A stretch of 32,000 nucleotides of DNA. Origin: Buttiauxella ferragutiae ATCC 51602. GTDB taxonomy: Bacteria > Pseudomonadota > Gammaproteobacteria > Enterobacterales > Enterobacteriaceae. The notes beneath the pieces are model-generated. The model did not search any database and was not told the origin of the DNA. It worked only from the letters and a program-made list of their open reading frames with translations. Position 1 is the stretch's first letter, and every line of letters starts with the position of its first letter. Shown here piece after piece: positions 23,722 through 32,000 of this stretch. Position numbers and translations under genes: made by a program. The stretch is from NCBI RefSeq assembly GCF_001654915.1, contig NZ_LXEQ01000033.1, one strand, 5' to 3'.

Positions 23722-25888
23722 TTTTCCACTCCCGTCCGTTTGCCTGTGCTGCGGCGCGGCTGTTACTCAGCGCCTGGGCTTTCGGTGCGTCCATCACCAG
23801 TTGTCCTTCCTTCAGAACCAGCACCCGCTCCACCAGCTCCAGCATCGGCACCCGATGGGTAGCGACAATCAAGGTGCGGTTGCCAAGCCAAAGCCCGAGG
23901 CGCTGAATAAATTCGCGTTCGGTGTGGTCATCAAGAGAGGCGGTGGGTTCGTCGAGCAGTACGATGTTCGGCGAGCGCAGCAGCATACGCGCCAGTAAGA
24001 TGGACTGACGTTGCCCGCCAGAAAGCCCGGTGCCACCTTCCATAATGCTGTGGTCGAGGCCTTTGGCCAGGTGCTTGACAAAATTGCCCGCTCCGCTGAT
24101 ATCCAGTACTTCGAAGATTTCTTCATCGCTGGCGTGCGGTGCGCCCAGCGTCAGGTTTTCACGTAGTGTGCCGTAAAACAGCCGCGCGTTCTGGTTCAGG
24201 AAGCCAATGTTGCGCCGCAAATCTGCCATGTCGATTTGCGTCATGCTCAGGTTGTCGAGCCGCGCATCGCCACTCACCAAATCGATGCCGCCCGCTAAGG
24301 CCTGAAGCAACGTGGATTTGCCCGCGCCGTTGCGCCCCAGCACCGCGATTCTTTCGCCTGGCTGGATCTCTAAATGTGAGATGCGTAGCGGAATGCGTTG
24401 GTCGTCGCTGTGGTAGCGGAACTGTGCGTTTTCAAACAGATAGTGGCCGTGGAAAATATCCTGATGCACCAGGCTTTCATCGCGTTGGGTTTCGACCGGC
24501 AACTGCATAATGCTGTCCAGCCCTTGTTTCGCCGCTTTCACTTGTTGCCAGCGCGCCAGCACGCCGCACAGGTTTGCCATCGGCGCAATCATGCGTGACG
24601 CCAGCATTGACGCGGCCACCATCGCGCCGGTGGTCATATCGCCTTCAATCACCAGCGGTGCGCCAAACAGGATTACCGCCGCGTAAACCAGGCTTTGAAT
24701 AGTGATCCCCCAGCTGATCAACCCTTGCGAAATCTGGCGAGTCCGCAGGCCGGATTCCGCGGTAATGCGGATGTAGCTGTTCCATTGTTGCAGGAAGCGG
24801 TTTTCTGCCTGCATCAGTTTGATGTCTTCCAGCCCTTGCACACTTTCAACCAGCACCGCATTGCGCAAAGTGGCTTCGTGCGCCGACTGGTTCGCCAGCA
24901 TCGCCAGCTTCTTTTGCAGCAAAATACCAGGCAGCACCATCAGGATGGCGGCGACGGGTGCAATCCATGCCAGTTGCGGCGCGATGATCGCCAGTACGAT
25001 GATAAACATAAAGAAGAACGGTAAATCGACGAGGGTTGAGATGGTTGATGAGGTGACCATCTCGCGGATTTGCTCCAGCTCGCGAAGCTGCGAAATAAAG
25101 CTGCCGGTGGAGCGGGGAACCGCACTGTTACGCAGGCGTAGCGCATGGCTAAACACGCGGTCGGAAACCCGCATATCGGCCCGTTTGCCGAGTACATCCA
25201 TAATATGGCCACGCGCCACGCGCAGCAGGAAGCCAAACACCACCGCCAGTAATACGCCGGACGCCAGCACATACAGCGTCGGGTAGGATTGCGCCGGAAT
25301 CACCCGATCGTAGACCTGCATCGAGAAAATAATCCCGGCAAGCGATAACACGTTAACGAGGAACGCCGCCAGCATCACCGGGCCGTATGGCCGGAGATCC
25401 TGCATCACCAGCTCTTTTAACCAGTCCGGGCTAAAGCGCGAAATATACGCATCAACACGGCTGTCTTTCAGGGCCGAAAGCGGGCGCAGCGCAGCAACAA
25501 AACGGATGTCCGGCAGCAGTTCGCTGAGTGCCACGCGGTTGGTCTGGTGTACGCCATCGATAAGGCAAATATCCACGGTATCTGCGCCGTCAAAATGCTC
25601 GATAACCGCCAGTTGGCCGTTTTTTAAATCCACCACTATCGGCAGCCGCCATTGGGCAATCGCCAGTTCCGGCACGTTCAGCAGGTGAAAAGAAAGCCCC
25701 GCCTGGCGCGATAACTGTGTGAGAGCCGCAAGCATGCCTTTGTCTTTAAACCACGGGGCGTTGGCCTGAATGGTGCCTGGCGAACAGACCACGCGGTAAT
25801 GGGCGGCAACGTGGCTAATGGCTTGCGCCCAGTGGCTCAGTGACTGTTCAGTCAGCCGTTCATCAACAGCAGGGGGGATTTTGCTCAT
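23702..25888 (-). CDS. bapC: Type I secretion ABC transporter (C39-like N-terminal domain + 6 TM + NBD)
   Basis: 728 aa. Walker A GRNGAGKST, signature LSGGQRQ, Walker B IVLLDEPTASLD. ATGA overlap with the upstream TolC-like gene. Confidence 0.85.
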   Translation of the reverse strand: MSKIPPAVDERLTEQSLSHWAQAISHVAAHYRVVCSPGTIQANAPWFKDKGMLAALTQLSRQAGLSFHLLNVPELAIAQWRLPIVVDLKNGQLAVIEHFDGADTVDICLIDGVHQTNRVALSELLPDIRFVAALRPLSALKDSRVDAYISRFSPDWLKELVMQDLRPYGPVMLAAFLVNVLSLAGIIFSMQVYDRVIPAQSYPTLYVLASGVLLAVVFGFLLRVARGHIMDVLGKRADMRVSDRVFSHALRLRNSAVPRSTGSFISQLRELEQIREMVTSSTISTLVDLPFFFMFIIVLAIIAPQLAWIAPVAAILMVLPGILLQKKLAMLANQSAHEATLRNAVLVESVQGLEDIKLMQAENRFLQQWNSYIRITAESGLRTRQISQGLISWGITIQSLVYAAVILFGAPLVIEGDMTTGAMVAASMLASRMIAPMANLCGVLARWQQVKAAKQGLDSIMQLPVETQRDESLVHQDIFHGHYLFENAQFRYHSDDQRIPLRISHLEIQPGERIAVLGRNGAGKSTLLQALAGGIDLVSGDARLDNLSMTQIDMADLRRNIGFLNQNARLFYGTLRENLTLGAPHASDEEIFEVLDISGAGNFVKHLAKGLDHSIMEGGTGLSGGQRQSILLARMLLRSPNIVLLDEPTASLDDHTEREFIQRLGLWLGNRTLIVATHRVPMLELVERVLVLKEGQLVMDAPKAQALSNSRAAAQANGREWKNENQSA

Positions 25889-27291
25889 GGCTGGATCTCC
25901 AGTGACTGGATGGTGCGATGCTCCAGGCCAAATGCGTTGCGCAACCGGCCGCTGTTATACAGGCAGTTGAGCTGCAATTGATGAAGTTGGCTCAGGGTTT
26001 GTTGTCGAGCGAAGCGTGCCTGGAAAACTTCCTGTTCGGCGTTAAGCACATCCAGCAGCGGGCGCGAACCCAAACCGAGATATTGCTGTTGATACAGTTC
26101 GCGCGTTTGCGCGCTTAACTCTTCCTGGCGTTGCAGGACTTGAATGGCACCCATCAGGCCAAGCGCCTGGCTGCGCGATTCCATTAACTTCTGGCGAATA
26201 TCCAGGCGTGTGCGCTGAACACCGGATTGCGCGGCTTCAACAGCATGGCTTGCGGCGTTGCGGCGGGCGGTTAATCCACCCCCCTGATAAATCGGCATTT
26301 CAACTTTGATAAACGCCGAGTATTGCGTGCGATCCAGCACTTCGTGGCTGGCGTATTTGTCGTTGAGATAGTGCTGAACCTGCGGTTCCAGTGAAATGGT
26401 TGGCGTCATCTGTGCGTTGGCGTAATCCAGATTCGCCTGCGCGACGCTGGCCTGCGCCCAGGAGGCGAGAACGGCAGGCACTAAGCGGTCATCCGGTTTG
26501 GCAACGTCGCAGCTTTTGCTGAGTTTGTCCGGGAAATCGTTGCTAATACCATTGAGGCTATTCCAGCCCAGCCAGCTCATTAATGTGGCCTGTGCGCTGT
26601 CGAGGTTGGCCTGGTATTGAATCAGTTGCGAGCGGGCGGATTCAATACGGGCGTTGGTTTGCACCACATCGGACATCGACGTGGCACCTTCGTTGTTGCG
26701 CTGTTCGGTCAAACGGCCAATCGCGCTTAATGCTTCGAGCTGATCTTTGGCGATATCGACCATTTGTTGCCACATCTGCGCCTGAACCAGGGAAACGGCG
26801 GTGTCGTGGCCGACGTTATCAATACTCACCAGCACGTTGGCCTGTTCTTGCGCCACGCCTGCGCTTTCGGCGCGTACCTGGCTTGAGACTTTGCCGAAGT
26901 CGTAGAGCATTTGTGAGATGGAAAGCACCAGCGACGGGCTGAAACCGCTGTCGGTGTAGCCGTTGCTGTAGCCGTTATTCATGCCCGCGCTGATTTGCGG
27001 ATAGTATTTGGATTTCGCGACGTTGACCTGTTCGGACTGGCCGTAAAGTTTGCCGATGGATTCGTGAATGCTCGGGTGCCAGTTTACCGCGCGGTTGACG
27101 GCGTCGTTGAGCGTGAGCGTTCCGGGCGCAGGCGCGTTGAGCGGCAGGGATGACGACCCGTCAAGGTTTGGCAGTTCGTGTTGCTGAGCAAGCCCCTCAG
27201 TGGTGATGAACTGTGGCGTCTCTTCGGCATGCGTTTGGGCTACACATAGGCTGCATGCCAGCCACAGTGTAAACGGCTGTAATTTTCCCAT
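25885..27291 (-). CDS. bapB: TolC-family outer-membrane channel of the T1SS
   Basis: 468 aa. Signal peptide MGKLQPFTLWLACSLCVAQTHA. Two OEP/TolC-like repeats rich in coiled-coil Q/A/L segments. Confidence 0.8.
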   Translation of the reverse strand: MGKLQPFTLWLACSLCVAQTHAEETPQFITTEGLAQQHELPNLDGSSSLPLNAPAPGTLTLNDAVNRAVNWHPSIHESIGKLYGQSEQVNVAKSKYYPQISAGMNNGYSNGYTDSGFSPSLVLSISQMLYDFGKVSSQVRAESAGVAQEQANVLVSIDNVGHDTAVSLVQAQMWQQMVDIAKDQLEALSAIGRLTEQRNNEGATSMSDVVQTNARIESARSQLIQYQANLDSAQATLMSWLGWNSLNGISNDFPDKLSKSCDVAKPDDRLVPAVLASWAQASVAQANLDYANAQMTPTISLEPQVQHYLNDKYASHEVLDRTQYSAFIKVEMPIYQGGGLTARRNAASHAVEAAQSGVQRTRLDIRQKLMESRSQALGLMGAIQVLQRQEELSAQTRELYQQQYLGLGSRPLLDVLNAEQEVFQARFARQQTLSQLHQLQLNCLYNSGRLRNAFGLEHRTIQSLEIQP

Positions 27292-27363
27292 AGTTTGTCC
27301 CTTTTAAAAGTCACTACGTTCTAATTAGTGTTGCTATTGCTTGCCTGGTTTTGTCTGATTTTT

Positions 27364-27424
27364 GTCGGGTGACGCTGCGCTTATCCGACCTACATGTCGG
27401 GGGTAAGCGCTAGCGTCATCCACC
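27364..27424. repeat. Inverted pair of REP elements (BIME-like)
   Basis: gtcgggtgacgctgcgcttatccgacctaca followed by the inverted tgtcgggggtaagcgctagcgtcatccacc, in the intergenic gap between the adhesin and the OMP gene. Confidence 0.6.
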
Positions 27425-27430
27425 ACTTTT

Positions 27431-30400
27431 TTAGGTAATAATGTGGTGCTGCTGTACCAGTTCATCGAGCGTGACGTGCGTGTTCTCCAGGGTAACGAGC
27501 GTGGTTGAGTTGTAGGTGCCGCCTGTGCCGTCGCGATCAATGGAAATAACGGTGTTATTGCCGCTGGTGGTGACGTTGAGGTAATTGCCCAGTGTGGCGG
27601 CCTGCCCATTCCAGCCGGTCAGCAGGTCGTGAACGTTGATCGTGTCGCCTTGTGCCGCCGAGAAGTTGTGCCAGGTATCGGCACTGTTGCCGCCGGTCGC
27701 ACTTGCGCTGGTTAACAGGTGATAAATCAGCGTGTCGCCATAAGCCGAGCCGGTAATCACATCGCTTTGCGCGGTGCTGACGAATTGCGGGCTCATATTG
27801 ATGGTTAACGTGGCGCTGTCACTATGGCCGTTCTGGTCATTTAGCGTGTAGGTGAAGGTCTCTTTGGTGGTCATCGACGCCGGAGAAAGCCCGCTATTGA
27901 GGGTGTAGGTGTACGCACCATCAATCCCCATCACCAGCGTTCCGTAATGCCCCTGAATCGTGGCGGTTGAATTGCTACTGGTTAGCGGATCAAGCGTGGT
28001 CGTCGTGCCGTTGAAGCCGGTAATACTCAGCAGGGTGTGAACGGTGCCGAGCTGATCGGCAGCGCCTGAGGCTTCCGTACCGTCGTAGATATTGCCGTGA
28101 ACCGTGTTACCGGCAAGCGTTGAATAGCTGTCCAGATCAATGGTGGTACCGGTGATAGTTGGCGTGATGGTGATTTGTCCGGCACCAAGAACACCGACTC
28201 GCCCAGTGTAATTTAACGTGTAGGTACCCGATTGCAGATCCAGCCCTGCCAAATCAATATTCGCCACGCCGCCTAACAATATGCCACCGCTGAATGAACC
28301 GTTTCTTACCACGGTGCCTGAGCTGTTAGTGATGTTCCAGTCAACGTTCAAGCCACCCAAAGAAAGCAATGATTGCACCGTAAAATGTAAAACTGGGTTA
28401 TGCAGAACTTCGTTAGCGCCAACCGCAAAAGTCCCGTTGCCGCTTCCTGATGACGGGATTACCAGGGTTGTCCACGATGCCGACCCCACGCTGGTATCCG
28501 AATAAACCGCCGTATTTTGCGCGGTGTTCACCGCCATCACAGTGCTGCTGTCATCAAACGCATCCACGGTATGCGGCGTGGCAGTGACATTCAGCGAGGC
28601 GGTGTCGGTATCGCCGTTTGGTGCAGTAATGGTGTAAACAAAGCTGTCAGGCGTTTTGATGCTGTCCGCGCCCAGGCCGCTGTTCAGTTTGTAGGTGTAG
28701 TTACCCGCCGCATCAATGGTCAGCGTGCCGTATTCGCCAACAATAGTGGTGGTTCCGCTGGCCGCAATGGCGACGCCATTCACCTGAGTAATGTGGCTAT
28801 CTACCGGATGAATATCATCATTCATCACATTGCCGCTGGTACTGGCTGTGACGCTCTCCACCGCATAAGTATGGTCTTGCAGAATATTCAGCGTATAGCC
28901 GGTTAGCGCCGCCACACCGCTGGCATTTTTGAGCAAGAACAGATACTCGCCACCTGGCAGCGTCAGGGTTAATTGCGATGAGGTGCCGCCCAGCAATGGC
29001 GCGGTAAGCCAGGTATTGACCACCCGATATTGCTCATACTGCTGAGTCACATCGTTGAACTTGTAGACATAGAGATCGAAGGTGGAGAGTAACGCGACCC
29101 CGCCAACGCTCGCCTGCAACGTCATGGTGCGCGTTGAACCTTCATCGACATCAAAGAGTATCGGGTTCGCCATATTGGCTAACGCGCTGAGGCTCAGCAC
29201 ATTTCCCACACCGACGCTCAGCACCGAGAAACCACTTTGCTGTGAAGCCCCGTGGTCTACCGCTTCCACATCGGTGTTGTAGGTCAGCGCCGCCGTGTTA
29301 TCGGTGGCGGTCACGGTGCTGGCAGGTGTTGGGTTGCCGAGTGTCACCACCAACTGCGCCGAATCACTAACGCCATTATGGGTGATGGTGTAAGTGAAGT
29401 TTTCGGTGCTACCAAGTACCGAGGCTGAGGTGTCCGTCAGGGTGTAGGTGTAACTTCCGTCCTGGTTGATATGCAGCGTGCCGTATTCACCTGTGATATC
29501 CGCGCCGCCTGCGCCAATCTGGGTGGTGACGCCCTGCGAGTTGGTCACCGATGTCACAACAGTGCCTGTCGGCGCGGTGTCCTGGCCGCTGTTCGGATCA
29601 ATATCGGTGATCACGTTCCCCGGATGGGTCGTTTCTCCGCTGACTGTCCCGCCACTGATTTGTTCAATACTGACATCAAGGCTGGTGAAAGAGCCGGTCG
29701 CCAGCAGGCTGGTGTTGTAGCTCAGCACCCGATAAGTGCCTTCTTCCAGCCCGGTGACATTCAGTGTTACGCCGCTGGCACCCAGCGTTAGCAGGTTGGC
29801 AAACTGTGGCAGTCGCGAATCGATTACCGTAGTCCAGGCTCCGCCGACAAATTGCTGAATCACCACTTCCATCGTGTTGAGCAGTGTCAGTACCACGCCT
29901 GTAGCGGCGGCATCAATCGTGATATTGGCAGTGCCGCCCGCGTTAACCGTAAAGCCTACTTGCGCGGTATCGTTGCCGAGCACCTGTACTGTGTCGCCCA
30001 GCGCCCCGACCAACAGCACGCCGTAATCGCTGTAATGCTCTGGCGGTGAAACGACGGCGCTGCTGGTCAGCGCCAGGTTGACCACGTTGTCATCGGCGGC
30101 CAGTGGCAGAGTCGGTGCGGTTGCAGTGACCGATGGCGAGGTGTTGCCTGCCGCATCGGTGGCGGTGACGGATAACTGCTCGCCGCCAATTTCGCGCGTT
30201 GGCAGTGTCAGGGTGTAGCTTCCGCTGCCGTTAGCGGTGGTGGTGACAACGGTGCCGCCCGGCAAGGTAATGTTCACCGTGCTGTTGGCTTCCGCCGAAC
30301 CGCTGATGGTGGTGCCGTCTGCACTGATGGTCGCCGTTGGTGTCAGTGGGGCGATGGTGTCAACGATCACGGTGAGCGCCGTTGACGGGCTGCCGGTGCC

Positions 30401-32000
30401 ATTCGGGTTGGTGGCGGTAGCGGTGAAGGCGTGTGAACCTTCGGTGAGCGCAGATGGCGTGTAACTCCAGGTGCCGTCCGTCGCCACCACGCTGCCCATC
30501 AACACGCCATTGTTGTAGATACTGACGGTTGCACCAATGTCTGCCGTGCCGTTAATGGTCGGCGTGGCATCGTTGGTGCTTTGCCCGTTGTTAACCGTTC
30601 CGGTAACGGGAGCGAAATTATCCAACACTGTGGTAATCACCGGCACGCCTGGTAATGCAGTGTTTGGCGCAGCAAATCCAGCCGATGCACCCAGGTTACC
30701 CGCGCTATCTGTAGCCGCAGCTTGTAGGGATTCGCCGTTAGTTTGCGCGGGCGTTATCGTCACGCTGAATTTACCGTTACCGTCCGCCGTGGCGCTGCCG
30801 AGAACCGTTCCGCCGCTGGATATGGTGATGGTGCTGCCCGCTTCGGCATTCCCCGTGACGGTTGTCCCGGTGGCGTTGACCACCATGCCAGTTGGTGCGG
30901 CAGGCGGCGTGGTGTCGACAATAATCACCGCTGGCAGCGAGTTGGCGCTGGTATTGCCTGCCAGATCGGTGGCCGTCACGGTGAAGGTGTGGTTGCCTTC
31001 GGTCAGCGCGGTAGTCAGTGGGTAAGTCCAGTTGCCGCTACCGTCGGCAGTGACGCTGGTGACCAGGTTGCCGTTGTCGTAAATCGCCACCGTAGCACCC
31101 GCTTCTGCTGTGCCGTTAAGCGTAGGCAGCGTGTCGTTGGTGGTCTGGTTGTTGGCAACCGGGCCGGTCACGGTGCCGACATCGTCAACAACCGTGGTGA
31201 TCAGCGGCGCGTTTGGCGCGCTGGTATCCACCGTGATGGTAAAGCCCGGAGTTGGGGTGGTGACGTTACCCGCCGCGTCGGTAGCGGTGAGGGTGAAGGT
31301 ATGCGCGCCGGTAGCCAGCGGTGTGGCTGGGGTAAATGTCCAGGTGCCACTTGCCGGAACGGTCACCGTGCCAATTTGTATCGCTCCATCAAAGATAGCG
31401 AGGGTGCTGCCTGGTTCGCCGGTGCCGTTCAGCGTAGGGCGTGCGTCGTTGGTGACTTGTCCGTTGCTGAGTGAGCCGTTAAACCCAGCCACGTCGTCCA
31501 CCACGGAGGTGAGCACAGGAGTGGTCGGCAGCACCGTGTCGATAGTTAGTGTGAAGCTTCCCGAAATCGCCCCGACGTTGCCCGCCGCATCGGTTGAGGT
31601 GGCGGTGAAAACATGGGTACGATCGGGTAGCGGATTGGGTGGTGCCAGGCTCCAGATCCCTTCCGCGCTGGCGGTGGTGGTACCGAGCAGGATGCCATCG
31701 TCGTAAACCTTAACCGTGGAGTTGGCTTCTGCGGTGCCGCTCAGTAATGGTTGGTTGTCGTTGGTCGACTGCCCATTCACCAGCGCGCCAGTCACCGGGC
31801 CGACATCATCAGTTGCCTGGATGACGATCGGTGCGGTGGGAACGGCGGTATCCACGACAATATTGAACGCCCCTGAAGCCGGGCTGACGTTGCCCGCGGA
31901 GTCCGTCGCGGTCACCGTAAACGCGTGATTGCCGTTGGCGAGCGGTGACCCTGCTGGTGGCGTGAAACTCCATGTACCACCAGTCACGATTGCTGTGCCA
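27431..32000 (-). CDS. bapA: Giant Ig-repeat T1SS-secreted adhesin (BapA-like), C-terminal ~1520 aa; 5' part outside the window
   Basis: The ORF is open to the window edge. It has tandem ~100-aa Ig-like modules ending ...F(T)xTATDxAGN...VDTxxPxxP. The C-terminal region (DTLIYHLL...GGNSADTWHNF..GDTINVHDLL) resembles T1SS C-terminal target domains. Confidence 0.85.
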   Translation of the reverse strand, partial: GTAIVTGGTWSFTPPAGSPLANGNHAFTVTATDSAGNVSPASGAFNIVVDTAVPTAPIVIQATDDVGPVTGALVNGQSTNDNQPLLSGTAEANSTVKVYDDGILLGTTTASAEGIWSLAPPNPLPDRTHVFTATSTDAAGNVGAISGSFTLTIDTVLPTTPVLTSVVDDVAGFNGSLSNGQVTNDARPTLNGTGEPGSTLAIFDGAIQIGTVTVPASGTWTFTPATPLATGAHTFTLTATDAAGNVTTPTPGFTITVDTSAPNAPLITTVVDDVGTVTGPVANNQTTNDTLPTLNGTAEAGATVAIYDNGNLVTSVTADGSGNWTYPLTTALTEGNHTFTVTATDLAGNTSANSLPAVIIVDTTPPAAPTGMVVNATGTTVTGNAEAGSTITISSGGTVLGSATADGNGKFSVTITPAQTNGESLQAAATDSAGNLGASAGFAAPNTALPGVPVITTVLDNFAPVTGTVNNGQSTNDATPTINGTADIGATVSIYNNGVLMGSVVATDGTWSYTPSALTEGSHAFTATATNPNGTGSPSTALTVIVDTIAPLTPTATISADGTTISGSAEANSTVNITLPGGTVVTTTANGSGSYTLTLPTREIGGEQLSVTATDAAGNTSPSVTATAPTLPLAADDNVVNLALTSSAVVSPPEHYSDYGVLLVGALGDTVQVLGNDTAQVGFTVNAGGTANITIDAAATGVVLTLLNTMEVVIQQFVGGAWTTVIDSRLPQFANLLTLGASGVTLNVTGLEEGTYRVLSYNTSLLATGSFTSLDVSIEQISGGTVSGETTHPGNVITDIDPNSGQDTAPTGTVVTSVTNSQGVTTQIGAGGADITGEYGTLHINQDGSYTYTLTDTSASVLGSTENFTYTITHNGVSDSAQLVVTLGNPTPASTVTATDNTAALTYNTDVEAVDHGASQQSGFSVLSVGVGNVLSLSALANMANPILFDVDEGSTRTMTLQASVGGVALLSTFDLYVYKFNDVTQQYEQYRVVNTWLTAPLLGGTSSQLTLTLPGGEYLFLLKNASGVAALTGYTLNILQDHTYAVESVTASTSGNVMNDDIHPVDSHITQVNGVAIAASGTTTIVGEYGTLTIDAAGNYTYKLNSGLGADSIKTPDSFVYTITAPNGDTDTASLNVTATPHTVDAFDDSSTVMAVNTAQNTAVYSDTSVGSASWTTLVIPSSGSGNGTFAVGANEVLHNPVLHFTVQSLLSLGGLNVDWNITNSSGTVVRNGSFSGGILLGGVANIDLAGLDLQSGTYTLNYTGRVGVLGAGQITITPTITGTTIDLDSYSTLAGNTVHGNIYDGTEASGAADQLGTVHTLLSITGFNGTTTTLDPLTSSNSTATIQGHYGTLVMGIDGAYTYTLNSGLSPASMTTKETFTYTLNDQNGHSDSATLTINMSPQFVSTAQSDVITGSAYGDTLIYHLLTSASATGGNSADTWHNFSAAQGDTINVHDLLTGWNGQAATLGNYLNVTTSGNNTVISIDRDGTGGTYNSTTLVTLENTHVTLDELVQQHHIIT
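30112..32000 (-). repeat. Tandem ~300-bp coding repeats (bacterial Ig-like domains) inside the adhesin gene
   Basis: At least seven successive modules with the recurring TATD(A/S)AGN ... (I/V)VDT..P..P pattern, at about 100-aa spacing in the translated product. Confidence 0.75.

Noticed and set aside
28281-31928. Many plus-strand ORFs (e.g. 28517-28906, 30537-31025, 30743-31474, 31110-31706) opposite the adhesin gene
   Set aside because: They are antisense to a long, continuous, repeat-structured minus-strand ORF in GC-rich DNA. Their products are low-complexity (Arg/Gly/Val-rich) with no RBS or motifs. These are typical shadow ORFs.
30112-32000. Possible CRISPR or other non-coding tandem array, suggested by ~300-bp periodicity
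   Set aside because: The periodicity is in-frame, within one continuous ORF, and corresponds to Ig-like protein domains. There is no short repeat/spacer structure anywhere in the window.

Overview
Enterobacterial ssrA (tmRNA) integration locus; the layout looks Salmonella-like from memory. All calls rest on motifs and comparisons within the window, since no database search was possible.

Right side (22.5-32 kb, all minus strand): a type I secretion operon ends 57 bp upstream of ssrA (22110-22473, minus). It encodes a giant Ig-repeat BapA-like adhesin that runs off the window, a TolC-like OMP, an ABC exporter with a C39-like domain, and a HlyD adaptor.

Two P4-family phage satellites sit in tandem at the 3' end of ssrA.

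(i) An apparently intact ~12.7-kb element (9411-22109). It carries int, a 186/P2-type cos, psu, delta, sid, a Delta/Ogr box, alpha-type iterons, vis/alpA, a CI/C4-type immunity-RNA region, five small coupled ORFs and the alpha primase-helicase. It holds AT-rich cargo at two sites. One is an ABC-type ATPase + HNH nuclease pair in the int-cos slot (18136-20702). The other is an Mrr-cat nuclease-domain gene downstream of alpha (9789-10808), bracketed by duplicated iteron/terminator segments.

(ii) A decayed element (4659-9410). It is reduced to a frameshifted, 5'-truncated int, a SIR2 + HerA pair in the same slot, cos, and the 3' end of psu, which abuts IS630-family transposase fragments.

Further left: an AT-rich stretch with an orphan secreted-protein gene, then four genes of a nonulosonic-acid (legionaminic/sialic-like) pathway (1-3193).

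The best candidates for an undescribed system are the ATPase+HNH pair, which has a non-canonical ATPase architecture, and the Mrr-cat protein with an unrecognised N-terminal domain.
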